Position numbers and translations under genes: made by a program
Shown: positions 26,989-35,511 of the stretch, piece after piece
Layout: each line of letters opens with the position of its first letter
Position numbering within the stretch: position 1 is the stretch's first letter
IMG/VR virus record: IMGVR_UViG_3300024261_000039
Span: 1-55,339 of that record
DNA: 55,339 bases
Direction: 5' to 3' (one strand)
From: a virus
Taxonomy: Duplodnaviria > Caudoviricetes
The notes under the pieces: generated by a model
Databases searched by the model: none
What the model saw: the letters and a program-made list of their open reading frames with translations, nothing else
What the model was told of the DNA's origin: nothing

Positions 26989-27596
26989 GACTTAACCCCT
27001 CTCGGTGTAGGTCTTACCTCATTGATATAGTTGCGTAACGCACGTTGTGCGTCCTTAACCCCATACTCAGAGGGGATAGTCTCTCTGAGAATTTCTTGCA
27101 CGATAAATATTTTCATATCTTCATGGTTCTCAGGCCCACCACCCATCACAGGGTAGACAGTACACTCAAGCCAACCGTATATAAAATCCTTCAAAGTTTC
27201 GATGGTATTCTTTTCCCAATTGCAGTCTGACCACATGTCAGACGCCTCGTCTTCAACGTGTTCAAGGGTTTCCCAGAACGTGTGAGGTTCAGTCCATACC
27301 AGTGGAATTTCAGCATCGCTACCCTCCACGATAGATGAGATGCCCACGCCTGTAATTTCAATCTTGCGGCTCGGTGTGAACGACAGGGGGTTGTAGATGC
27401 TATCCCTTCGGGGTAGGTCTTCACCACTAGTCACCCAACTACCCATGTCGTTCAGTTGGAACTGCACGGAGATGTTCACCCCAACACCGGCCTTGTACAC
27501 TGCACGATAGAATTCATAGGGGGATTCGTAATCTTTCATGAGTTCCTTGAAACTACTCACGGGTTTCTCTTCCATTACTCTATTTGTTCTGCTCAT
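26985..27596 (-). CDS. Hypothetical protein
   Basis: Start re-assigned to the ATG after AAAATGGAGAGTAAT. Confidence 0.65.
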   Translation of the reverse strand: MSRTNRVMEEKPVSSFKELMKDYESPYEFYRAVYKAGVGVNISVQFQLNDMGSWVTSGEDLPRRDSIYNPLSFTPSRKIEITGVGISSIVEGSDAEIPLVWTEPHTFWETLEHVEDEASDMWSDCNWEKNTIETLKDFIYGWLECTVYPVMGGGPENHEDMKIFIVQEILRETIPSEYGVKDAQRALRNYINEVRPTPRGVKS

Positions 27597-27684
27597 ATTA
27601 CTCTCCATTTTTGATTGACTCATTGCTATGCCAACTGTCACAGTTGATATAGAAATGAGTGACCCAACACAGGGCCACCAATTC

Positions 27685-27927
27685 TCAGTATTTAAAATCA
27701 ACTTCAATAACTTCGGGGTATTCCTTTTGTATGCAGTCTGCTAGTCTATGCAATGCAGGGTCAGACACATCACCATGAATCTCGGTGACTGTTGCGAAGC
27801 CATTTACGATTTTGCAATTGATAGTCCACGTTAGTGACACCCCCACCAAACCTATGTCAGTAAGTCTCCAGTTCTTAATGGTCTTACTCTTTGGCATATC
27901 GAAAACAATCTTTGCTGTTGTACTCAT
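27685..27927 (-). CDS. Hypothetical protein
   Basis: 80-aa coupled ORF with RBS GGGGTG. Confidence 0.55.
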   Translation of the reverse strand: MSTTAKIVFDMPKSKTIKNWRLTDIGLVGVSLTWTINCKIVNGFATVTEIHGDVSDPALHRLADCIQKEYPEVIEVDFKY

Positions 27928-28139
27928 AACTCACCCCTGATGATTAAAATTTCTCTTATTAATTTATCTAGCTTTTCATTCTGGTCTTTCACAAATTCAT
28001 GTGCGACCTCGACATAAGGACTGTCTAAAAACTTCAAAGCTACCGCTAGTGATTGCCCTTTATCAATCTCCTTCTCAACTTGTCTGCGTTGCTCGACAAG
28101 GGCAGTAACCCTTTCCGTTTTGTATTCAATGACATCCAT
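27924..28139 (-). CDS. Hypothetical coiled-coil protein
   Basis: Start after the AAAATGGAGAGTGAG leader. Confidence 0.6.
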   Translation of the reverse strand: MDVIEYKTERVTALVEQRRQVEKEIDKGQSLAVALKFLDSPYVEVAHEFVKDQNEKLDKLIREILIIRGEL

Positions 28140-28189
28140 CTCACTCTCCATTTTTGTTATAATATATTTGCCTTGTGGATCAGGTAAAA

Positions 28190-28233
28190 CTTGCGGCTAG
28201 GAATTTCTTTTGCGATAGGTTCCTAGCCGCAAA
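28190..28233. terminator. Long hairpin, probable terminator or processing site
   Basis: TTGCGGCTAGGAA...TTCCTAGCCGCAA 13-bp inverted repeat between genes. Confidence 0.6.
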
Positions 28234-28237
28234 CTTT

Positions 28238-29014
28238 TTATGCGGCCTCAAGTTTGTACAATTCTTCATCTAAGATTCTTGTTTGAATCGCTGTACGTTT
28301 AGCAATCAACTGCGGATTACATTCTCGTGCCGTGCGTGAAGGCTTTATCGCTTCGGTGCAACTCTGTTGCAATCGCCACAATGACCATCCGTTTGAAGCG
28401 TGTTCTTTGTACTTTGGTGCATCCCATTGCTGAATCGCACCCCCAAGTTGTGAGGGTGATAATCCACCTGCTCTGAAGATGTTCCCCAAGACGCTTGTGC
28501 CACGGTCTTGACTCAACTCGACATCCTTGTACGCTTTGATGAACTCCACCTGACGTTCCAGAATCTCAGGTACTCGCTCAAAGATTCCATCAATAATTGA
28601 TCCCATTCTTGAATTCAGATGGGTCGTTTGCTTGGTCGAGATGGCATCGCCCAAGTCACCCGAAAAACAGAGATTTGAGCAAACCGTCACTCGGTTACCA
28701 ATGACCAATGACCTCGGTAAAGTTTGATTAGTGCTTGCCCTTAATCCGATGATCGGTGACCACGATTTATCACCATTAGGGTTCGCTAATTTCAACGCAC
28801 CAAAGAACTGACGGTGCTTTTGAGTTGTCACGAATTCACTTTGAGTTACTGTGATTCCGTGCTTGTCAATTCCTTCCATCACCTGTTCAGCAAAGGTGCT
28901 GAACTCAACAGGGTTGTGAACAGTTCCCATCGCAGATACGGATGGGATATTTTTCAAGCCTTCCAATGTGTGATGGACGTTAGCGGCAGATGGATATAAG
29001 AGTGCTGTTGTCAT
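28238..29014 (-). CDS. DUF932/DUF945-like early protein
   Basis: HNPV.F...FFG...IGLRAS.NQ...G.RV.VCSNLCFSG...WSLWRL....TE pattern. Confidence 0.7.
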   Translation of the reverse strand: MTTALLYPSAANVHHTLEGLKNIPSVSAMGTVHNPVEFSTFAEQVMEGIDKHGITVTQSEFVTTQKHRQFFGALKLANPNGDKSWSPIIGLRASTNQTLPRSLVIGNRVTVCSNLCFSGDLGDAISTKQTTHLNSRMGSIIDGIFERVPEILERQVEFIKAYKDVELSQDRGTSVLGNIFRAGGLSPSQLGGAIQQWDAPKYKEHASNGWSLWRLQQSCTEAIKPSRTARECNPQLIAKRTAIQTRILDEELYKLEAA

Positions 29015-29043
29015 TTTATTTCTCCAGTTGTGTTGTTTAAAAT

Positions 29044-29099
29044 TTTTAGCATTTGCTAAAAGTTAAGTTAATCTTATTCCTATGCGTTAGCTATGTCAA
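29044..29099 (-). promoter_or_regulatory. Early sigma70 promoter plus downstream operator
   Basis: TTGACA-17-TAAGAT; near-palindrome TTTTAGCATTTGCTAAAA at 29044-61. Confidence 0.8.
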
Positions 29100-29112
29100 C
29101 AGCTAATGCTAT

Positions 29113-29496
29113 TTATTTTTCAGTATTTTTAATTTTAGGATCATTACTATGGTAGTAACACACCAACGTACCGTTCCATAGTTCATTGTGAGGGGTGACT
29201 TTTCCGCATTGATTACAATGACCTTCGTGAGTCGCTCGGATTTTACTGGCCGCCCAGTAATGGCATTTGAGACACCTTTTTACACCAAAGAGAGATTTCC
29301 ATGGGGTAATCCCCTCGACTCCAAGACTCTCTTTTGAGATTGGATCATTACACTCAGTACAATGTGCTATATCGTGCTTGTCTCTAAGTTCTAGTGAGTG
29401 TTTGCACAATTGATCAAACTCGTTTTTCAGATCGGTTATATCTTCGACGCTGTACAAGTGGATGTTACCCACCCCCTCAAAATTACATTGTTTCAT
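29113..29496 (-). CDS. Cys-rich putative zinc-finger protein
   Basis: CTEC, CLKC and CNQC motifs; start after the AAAATGGAGAGTGAA leader. Confidence 0.6.
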   Translation of the reverse strand: MKQCNFEGVGNIHLYSVEDITDLKNEFDQLCKHSLELRDKHDIAHCTECNDPISKESLGVEGITPWKSLFGVKRCLKCHYWAASKIRATHEGHCNQCGKVTPHNELWNGTLVCYYHSNDPKIKNTEK

Positions 29497-29583
29497 TTCA
29501 CTCTCCATTTTAGTTGCCCTCATTGTTAAGATAACTATCACTAATTACCTTAAAAATGAGAGGGGTTTTCACCCCTCGGTTTT

Positions 29584-29898
29584 TTAAATGAATGGGAAAC
29601 CACCCATTCCCAACGGACTTTGTGACAGTTCCTTTGCCCACTTGACTGATGCATCGTTACGAGCATCGGTATAGTCCTTCATTCCATGTACCTCAATGGT
29701 TTTCAACAATGCCCCCATGAAACATTGCTGTAATGTTGGATGCTGAAAGGTCAATGATTTACCCATCATTTCACCCACCTCAGTGCTGTCACCCATGTTA
29801 ATTTCTTTTATCAACGCATCCATCGCATTTTTAATGCGTTGTTCTTTGTCAGTTTTTGCTATGTGACGGTTTAATGCTATCGCTAATTCATCAGTCAT
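29584..29898 (-). CDS. Hypothetical protein
   Basis: HPTLQQ...DARNDAS...PFI motif; followed by the hairpin GAGGGG-TTTTCA-CCCCTC. Confidence 0.65.
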   Translation of the reverse strand: MTDELAIALNRHIAKTDKEQRIKNAMDALIKEINMGDSTEVGEMMGKSLTFQHPTLQQCFMGALLKTIEVHGMKDYTDARNDASVKWAKELSQSPLGMGGFPFI

Positions 29899-30080
29899 CT
29901 GATACCCCCTTCAACTATGTATAAGTGTGTGCTGTGACAGATAGGGCAGAACACGCCCCGTTCCCCATCCCTGTGTTTGATTCGGGGATTTTCTGCATGA
30001 TCTTTGCCCCGATATTTACACCTCAAACATTCAGATATTTCCCCACCCTTGATAATTTCCCACATTTTTTTAGTCTCCAT
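29895..30080 (-). CDS. Small zinc-ribbon protein
   Basis: CLRC...CPICHS; start after AAAATGGAGAGTAAA. Confidence 0.6.
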   Translation of the reverse strand: METKKMWEIIKGGEISECLRCKYRGKDHAENPRIKHRDGERGVFCPICHSTHLYIVEGGIR

Positions 30081-30094
30081 TTTACTCTCCATTT

Positions 30095-30161
30095 TTGTTA
30101 AAAGTTCCTAGCAATTGCTAAGGCTTAACTAATGCTAAACCTTAGCAAATGATATGTCAAT
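30095..30161 (-). repeat. 67-bp direct repeat copy 1 (promoter + operator)
   Basis: Identical to 30745-30811; minus strand TTGACA-17-TAGCAT and palindrome TAGCAATTGCTA. Confidence 0.95.
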
Positions 30162-30726
30162 GGCTATTGCTATCAATCATAACTTTTGTTGGTCTTTGCA
30201 CTATGGTCTGTTCTGTTCCATCACGTAGGCCATGCTCTTTGACCTTTGCCCAGAAATTAATCGTGTCACCTTTTTCTGCTGACGCCATGGCACCTGATCC
30301 TTTCCAGATAATAACGTCATCGCCTTGTTTCATAATTTTGACGTAGGTTGTGCCATAATCCGTCTCATAATATGCGGTTCCAAAAACAACACACGTGAAT
30401 TGCTCTCGCCCACCCACAACACCAGTATGTCGTGATAGGGCATTTTGTTCTTTAAATTTGGCCTTGCGTTCAGCCTTTTTAGCAATTATTTTTTCAACTG
30501 CTTTTACTTGATTAGCAGTAAGGCCACCGTATTCCAACCATGCTGAATACATTTTATCGACAAAGTTTTGATCTAAAGTAGTTCCATTTTCATTCAAAAA
30601 ATCCACAATTTCTGGGTGTTCTGAATTGAATTTTTTTGATCTGGTTTTACAAGCATTTTCCATTTTATACCGCTCGATGGCAGGGAAATAATTTGCCGCA
30701 CCCACGTGTTCATCGTTATAAGCCAT
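30157..30726 (-). CDS. Hypothetical protein with probable C-terminal OB-fold
   Basis: YGGLTANQV...SRHTGVVGGR...AKVKEH....G..QTIVQRP; flanked by the 67-bp repeats. Confidence 0.65.
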   Translation of the reverse strand: MAYNDEHVGAANYFPAIERYKMENACKTRSKKFNSEHPEIVDFLNENGTTLDQNFVDKMYSAWLEYGGLTANQVKAVEKIIAKKAERKAKFKEQNALSRHTGVVGGREQFTCVVFGTAYYETDYGTTYVKIMKQGDDVIIWKGSGAMASAEKGDTINFWAKVKEHGLRDGTEQTIVQRPTKVMIDSNSH

Positions 30727-30744
30727 AATAATATCTCCACTTAG

Positions 30745-30811
30745 TTGTTAAAAGTTCCTAGCAATTGCTAAGGCTTAACTAATGCTAAACCTTAGCAAAT
30801 GATATGTCAAT
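30745..30811 (-). repeat. 67-bp direct repeat copy 2 (promoter + operator)
   Basis: Identical to 30095-30161. Confidence 0.95.
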
Positions 30812-30820
30812 AGCTAATAG

Positions 30821-31063
30821 CTACGCTTTACACCATACACTTATAATTATTGCGTAAGGGCCATCATTGTCGGTTCTACGCTCCACGTATGCGGCCAACA
30901 TAGTTTCTTTGTCATCTGATAAGTCTCTGACATCGGCCTTATCTATGTGTTTTTGCTCACTACCCAACCATTTATATTTACCACTACAATATTTGCAGGT
31001 GTATGTATTAAAAGGTAATGCTTTAATCATTTTTTTAGCTTGGGATTTTTTGATAAGTTTCAT
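30821..31063 (-). CDS. Hypothetical protein
   Basis: Start after AAAATGGAGTGGTAAAA; CKYC motif. Confidence 0.55.
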   Translation of the reverse strand: MKLIKKSQAKKMIKALPFNTYTCKYCSGKYKWLGSEQKHIDKADVRDLSDDKETMLAAYVERRTDNDGPYAIIISVWCKA

Positions 31064-31156
31064 TTTTACCACTCCATTTTTTGTGATTGTTTTATTTTTA
31101 AATTAACTTTGATAAATTGACTTAAAAATAAACGGGCCATTTCTGGCCCGATGTTT

Positions 31157-32080
31157 TTATGCTATTGCGGCTAATTCTAAAGCTTGTTTTTCAGTCCAGA
31201 AAAAATCTTGATCTTGGGACTTTTCAAGGTTATTTCTATCGCTTTGTTTACCGCCCTTCATACGTAAGAATTTAAGCTTTATAGTATCGGCTGATCTATC
31301 ATCGTGCTTGTCGGCGTCCATAAACTTTGAGCGTATTTGATCGCTTACTTTCCATTCCTTTTTACATTCCTTTGTATTAAGGGCAATAACTACGTGGTGG
31401 CCGTCTTTGATCGCTTTAATGGTTCTATTTCTAACTGTTTCGTTAGCGTTTGAACCACTGAAAACCCTTGTAACATTACTAAGCCCTAATTTTTTGTCTT
31501 TTTCAAAATAGGCTAAACCCTTGGAATATTCGACAAAGGAAATAAAAGAAAACATCTCATAGATACTTTTGAATTGTTTGAATAAATCTTGAGTACCATT
31601 CAAACGAATAATTAATAAATCCTTGTACTTTTGGTGCAAAAAACTTAATTCGTCGGCTATTCTTTGAATAAATGCTTCAAAATGAAATATCATTAAAATT
31701 GTACGTTTTATTTTGGCGTTATCTGCTACCTCCATGCCCAATTGGCCTGACCACGCTAAACAAGTTAAAAAGCACCCGTTTTGTTCTGCCCATGGGCATA
31801 AGGTTTTTTTGCTTACTTTGTTATGCGGTGACAAGAAAAGTACATATTGAATTTTCCCTGTCTCTTTTTTTGTCTTTTCTGTTTTTGCTGATTTACTTAA
31901 CAAAAAATCCATGGGCTTGTTTAAGTAGCCGTAATTGCTTACGCCTTGTGTTTCACTTTTTAGCCACGTTTTAGCGTAGTCCGTCAATTTATTGCTATTT
32001 AATAATGTTTCTAAGGCTAGTGGTTTAAATGTGAAGGGTTTTAATCGCTTAACACCTTGATAATCTTTTTTTAATATCAT
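31157..32080 (-). CDS. Gp88-like (CxxxxxxxCxxxC) Fe-S/radical-SAM-like protein
   Basis: LFLSP...LCPWAEQNGCFLTCL..SG, IRLNGTQDL, EYSK, DADKHDDR, KGG pattern; start after GGAGAC. Confidence 0.7.
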   Translation of the reverse strand: MILKKDYQGVKRLKPFTFKPLALETLLNSNKLTDYAKTWLKSETQGVSNYGYLNKPMDFLLSKSAKTEKTKKETGKIQYVLFLSPHNKVSKKTLCPWAEQNGCFLTCLAWSGQLGMEVADNAKIKRTILMIFHFEAFIQRIADELSFLHQKYKDLLIIRLNGTQDLFKQFKSIYEMFSFISFVEYSKGLAYFEKDKKLGLSNVTRVFSGSNANETVRNRTIKAIKDGHHVVIALNTKECKKEWKVSDQIRSKFMDADKHDDRSADTIKLKFLRMKGGKQSDRNNLEKSQDQDFFWTEKQALELAAIA

Positions 32081-32113
32081 TATTAAAGTCTCCGTTGTGT
32101 TGTTTAAAATCAA

Positions 32114-32166
32114 TTAGCAATTGCTAACTCACCTTTAGATTATCATTTTACTAAGTGATACGTCAA
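32114..32166 (-). promoter_or_regulatory. Early promoter plus operator
   Basis: TTGACG -35 (32161-66) with TAATCT/GATAAT -10 candidates; perfect palindrome TTAGCAATTGCTAA at 32114-27. Confidence 0.65.
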
Positions 32167-32602
32167 TAGCATAAGGCTAAAACATGGCCTTAAAAATCCC
32201 TTATATAAGGTATAAACCTTGATTTCTATACAGTATTCAACCCTTGTTGAATAATTTAAAAATCAAGGACTTATGCTAGAATTGATTTTTAACTGGTAGG
32301 TTATATAGGCCATTATTCATAAAGTTAAAATAATACTATTAGCTTAATCAATAGCTTAGGGTGAATGATGGCAAAATGGTGGCAAACGGGGCGGGATTAA
32401 AAAGGTAAAAAATAAAAAGAGGGGCGGCCGTTTTCAGACCCTAGAGACCCCCTGTGGGGGTCGTGGCCCCCCACCCTCATATACATACAATAATGACGGT
32501 GAATTAGTAGTAAAAATAAAATCGGGATTTTTATATTAAGGGGGTGGGACTCGCGACCCCACCCTTTAACACAGTACGAGGGGTGGCTCATGGAAGGGCC
32601 GT

Positions 32603-33916
32603 ATGAACCAAGTAGAAATACCGTACCACCCAAGACCTCTTCAGAGGCATCTCCACGATAGCGTCCGTAGATGGACAGTAGTTGTAGCCCACAGACGATT
32701 TGGCAAGACATTCTGGGCAATTAATCACCTGCTCCGTGACGCCTTGACGATGCGTAAGAAAAACGTGCGTCTGGCCTACATAGCCCCCACGTACAGACAA
32801 GCCAAGGTGATCGCATGGGACATCTTGAAGAATATGTCCCGTGTCATCCCAGACATATCGATCAACGAAACGGAACTCCGCATAGATTACCCAACTGGGG
32901 CTAGGATTCGGTTATATGGAGCAGGGGATGACCCCGATGCCCTCCGTGGTCAGTACTTCCACGGGGTCGTGATGGACGAGTATGCTCAGATGCCAGCAAA
33001 TCTCTTTGGGGAGATTTTGAGACCCGCCTTATCTGATAAGAAAGGCTATGCCATCTGGATCGGGACGCCCATGGGACAGGACGCTTTCCACGATCTGTAC
33101 CAACAAGCCAAGATCAAAGAAGAGGCAGACCCAAAGTCCCCGTGGATGACCGCTCTCTTCCGCGCCTCTGAGACTAATGTCATCGATTCTGACGAACTCG
33201 CAGACGCTAAAGACATCATGACTGATGCCGAGTTTAATCAGGAGTACGAATGCTCTTTCCAAGCGGCCATCGAGGGCAGTTACTACGGGTCTTTCATGGA
33301 CAGAGCAGAGAACGAGGGCAGGTTAATCTCTGTACCTCATGACCCCATGCTACCTGTCCACACGGCATGGGATTTAGGGATTTCGGATTCCACCTGCATA
33401 CTAATGTATCAGGTTGCTGGGAACGAAATACGCATCATAGATGTGTATGAAATGGACGGGGAGGGGTTAGCGCACTACATCTCATACCTTTCCACGAAAC
33501 CTTACACTTGGGGTAGTCACACAGCCCCCCATGACATACAGGTCAGGGAGTTAGGGACAGGGAGATCGCGTCTGGAACAGGCCGCCTCGCTAGGTATTAA
33601 CTTCCAAATAGCCCCCCAGATTGGCGTCCAAGATGGTATCAACGCAGTGAGAACTATCTTTCCACGTATCTGGATCGACAAGGTGAACTGTAAGTTAGTT
33701 GTCGAGGCTCTTCGGAATTACCGCAGGGAGAAGAACAAGAGGACAGGGGAGTTCAAACCAAGACCACTCCACGATTGGAGTTCTCATATTTGTGACGCTG
33801 TACGCTACATGGCCGTCAATTTCAACGAGCAGTCCAAGCTTATCCACGCAGGTAGGGAGCGGAAGAAGATGTCCCAATCCCAGTGGATGTCTGGTGACTC
33901 TACAGCGGGGGACTAA
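32603..33916 (+). CDS. terL: Terminase large subunit
   Basis: HRRFGKT Walker A, YIAPTYRQAK, LRG...VVMDEYA Walker B, GTPMG, WDLGISD, SHICDAVRY nuclease motifs. Confidence 0.97.
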   Translation: MNQVEIPYHPRPLQRHLHDSVRRWTVVVAHRRFGKTFWAINHLLRDALTMRKKNVRLAYIAPTYRQAKVIAWDILKNMSRVIPDISINETELRIDYPTGARIRLYGAGDDPDALRGQYFHGVVMDEYAQMPANLFGEILRPALSDKKGYAIWIGTPMGQDAFHDLYQQAKIKEEADPKSPWMTALFRASETNVIDSDELADAKDIMTDAEFNQEYECSFQAAIEGSYYGSFMDRAENEGRLISVPHDPMLPVHTAWDLGISDSTCILMYQVAGNEIRIIDVYEMDGEGLAHYISYLSTKPYTWGSHTAPHDIQVRELGTGRSRLEQAASLGINFQIAPQIGVQDGINAVRTIFPRIWIDKVNCKLVVEALRNYRREKNKRTGEFKPRPLHDWSSHICDAVRYMAVNFNEQSKLIHAGRERKKMSQSQWMSGDSTAGD

Positions 33917-34288
33917 ATGGCACGAAGATCATCAATACCTGTGGTCGTGGAAGACCGTATATACGAGTGGGTTAACTGGGAGAGGTCTATGTTGGAAACC
34001 TCTGCAATTGGATACCCCCACGAAACCATGGAGTCCAAGCTATCCCGTGGGGTTGCCACGGAGTCTGGCCCCTCCTCGTCACGAACCCCTGAAGTCTTGG
34101 TGCCACGACACCTCCAAGTCATTGATCACGTAATGACAAGGATGCCACCTAAGTTACAGGACGCCCTTATATCCCACTACTCCTTAGACCCACGGGCCAA
34201 GGTCAGTAAGCACCACCTGACCAAGGCTCAGTATTGGTTATTAGGGGCATTAGAACACGCAGTCACTGATATTAATACCAGAGTGTAA
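33917..34288 (+). CDS. Putative Q-like late antiterminator
   Basis: EDRIYEWVNW...IGYP...IDHVM.RM...L...Y pattern resembles phage Q-type proteins; a promoter-terminator pair lies downstream. Confidence 0.5.
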   Translation: MARRSSIPVVVEDRIYEWVNWERSMLETSAIGYPHETMESKLSRGVATESGPSSSRTPEVLVPRHLQVIDHVMTRMPPKLQDALISHYSLDPRAKVSKHHLTKAQYWLLGALEHAVTDINTRV

Positions 34289-34324
34289 ACTATTAGCTAT
34301 TGTGTAAGCAATAGCTATAATAGT

Positions 34325-34386
34325 AGTGTGGCTAGGTTACAAGCGTATCCGAACCGAGCAATCCCACCCACTGCTCTTGCCACACT
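34325..34386 (+). ncRNA. Three-way-junction structured RNA upstream of the HNH gene
   Basis: AGTGTGGC/GCCACACT closing stem followed by a T-run; inner hairpins GGTTAC/GTATCC and GAGCA/TGCTC with a C-rich loop; TATAAT at 34316-21. Confidence 0.45.
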
Positions 34387-34410
34387 TTTTAACTACCTGT
34401 GCGTGATAAT

Positions 34411-34941
34411 ATGTCAGTTACTTCTCCAAAGAGACTAACCCTAGCCGATGTTTTAGTACTCCCCATCCAGTGGGACGTTGACTTATCAGAATTTGTCTGG
34501 TCTAGGGATGTAGCCAGACGGTGTAAAAGGGGGGATGTGGTTGGTGGTATTTGCACAAAGACGGGTTATCGAAGAATGAAGTACCAAGGTAAATACTACT
34601 ATATCCATAGATTAGCCTACGTGTGGCACACAGGGCAGACCTTGACTCAGTGTATTGACCATATAAACGGTGACCGTAGTGATAACAGACGAGAGAATTT
34701 ACGTCAGGTAACCCACAGGGTCAATAACCAGAATAAGAGAAGGTACACAAACAACACCACGGGCGTCACAGGGGTAAGGATGATGTCCACGGGGAGGTTC
34801 AACTCCTTCATCTGGAAGAATGGAAGAAGATTACACATAGGATGCCACGACACTTTAGTGGAGGCGTCCAGAGCAAGGCGCGGGGCAGAGATAGACTTGG
34901 GTTACCACGCTAATCATGGAAATGTGATGATTCCTACATAA
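34411..34941 (+). CDS. HNH endonuclease with AP2-like C-terminal domain
   Basis: HRLAYV...IDHINGDRSDNRRENLR...N..N, TGVTGV, HIGCHDT...A..AR...NHG. Confidence 0.93.
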   Translation: MSVTSPKRLTLADVLVLPIQWDVDLSEFVWSRDVARRCKRGDVVGGICTKTGYRRMKYQGKYYYIHRLAYVWHTGQTLTQCIDHINGDRSDNRRENLRQVTHRVNNQNKRRYTNNTTGVTGVRMMSTGRFNSFIWKNGRRLHIGCHDTLVEASRARRGAEIDLGYHANHGNVMIPT

Positions 34942-34980
34942 GAGCAATTGCTTGCAATTAATCATTTTTATTGTTATAAT
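34942..34980 (+). promoter_or_regulatory. Late promoter (pR'-like)
   Basis: TTGCAA-17-TATAAT with extended TG; AGCAATTGCT palindrome abuts the -35. Confidence 0.75.
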
Positions 34981-35028
34981 ATTACTCATACTGGTGGTTT
35001 TTAACTCTCCGTTTACCCACTTGTTGTT

Positions 35029-35063
35029 ACCCCCTACCTGCTCCTTCAGATAGGGGGTTTTTT
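35029..35063 (+). terminator. Intrinsic terminator (tR'-like) ahead of terS
   Basis: ACCCCCTA...TAGGGGGT followed by a T-run. Confidence 0.75.
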
Positions 35064-35080
35064 ATACCCAGAGAGAACAT

Positions 35081-35509
35081 ATGACTGACGTTGACCTTGA
35101 AGCAATCGTTGACCTCGACATAGAGACAGACGAGTTACCCGTAGAAATGACGCGGGCAATGACGCCCCGCAAGCCCAAGCGTAAGAAGACCGCTGGGTCT
35201 GGTCGCAAGAAGGGTACTAAGAATAAAGAGAAACAGTTCGGTGAGAGATACATAGCCGATGCCTTAACTACTATGGGGTGTTGTCCTCTCAGGTCTTTAG
35301 TCCGTGTGGGCAGAAAGGCCGAGAAACAAGGGCAGTACTCATCCGCGATCAAGGCGTATAGCGACATTTTAGGTTACATCCAAGCAAAACCCCGCGCACC
35401 TCTTGTGGCGATTGAATCTAAAGGGAACTTAGTATTCAAGTGGCAAGACGAGGCTGAGACTAAAGAAGAGAATTTTATAATAGACCAGACATCTGGTGAC
35501 AGGGAATAG
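35081..35509 (+). CDS. terS: Probable terminase small subunit
   Basis: GSGRKKGTKNK motif, CCPL, YIQAKPR, F.W C-terminus; directly upstream of portal. Confidence 0.7.
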   Translation: MTDVDLEAIVDLDIETDELPVEMTRAMTPRKPKRKKTAGSGRKKGTKNKEKQFGERYIADALTTMGCCPLRSLVRVGRKAEKQGQYSSAIKAYSDILGYIQAKPRAPLVAIESKGNLVFKWQDEAETKEENFIIDQTSGDRE

Positions 35510-35511
35510 TA

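Noticed and set aside
30095-30811. 67-bp repeats as a CRISPR array or attL/attR
   Set aside because: Only two copies, 650 bp apart, consisting of promoter and operator sequence.
33699-34133. Overlapping 144-aa ORF across the terL end
   Set aside because: Out-of-frame overlap with two better-supported genes and no recognisable motifs.
34411-34941. HNH as an intron- or intein-encoded endonuclease splitting the terminase
   Set aside because: terL has complete ATPase and nuclease motifs before its stop; the HNH gene is free-standing.
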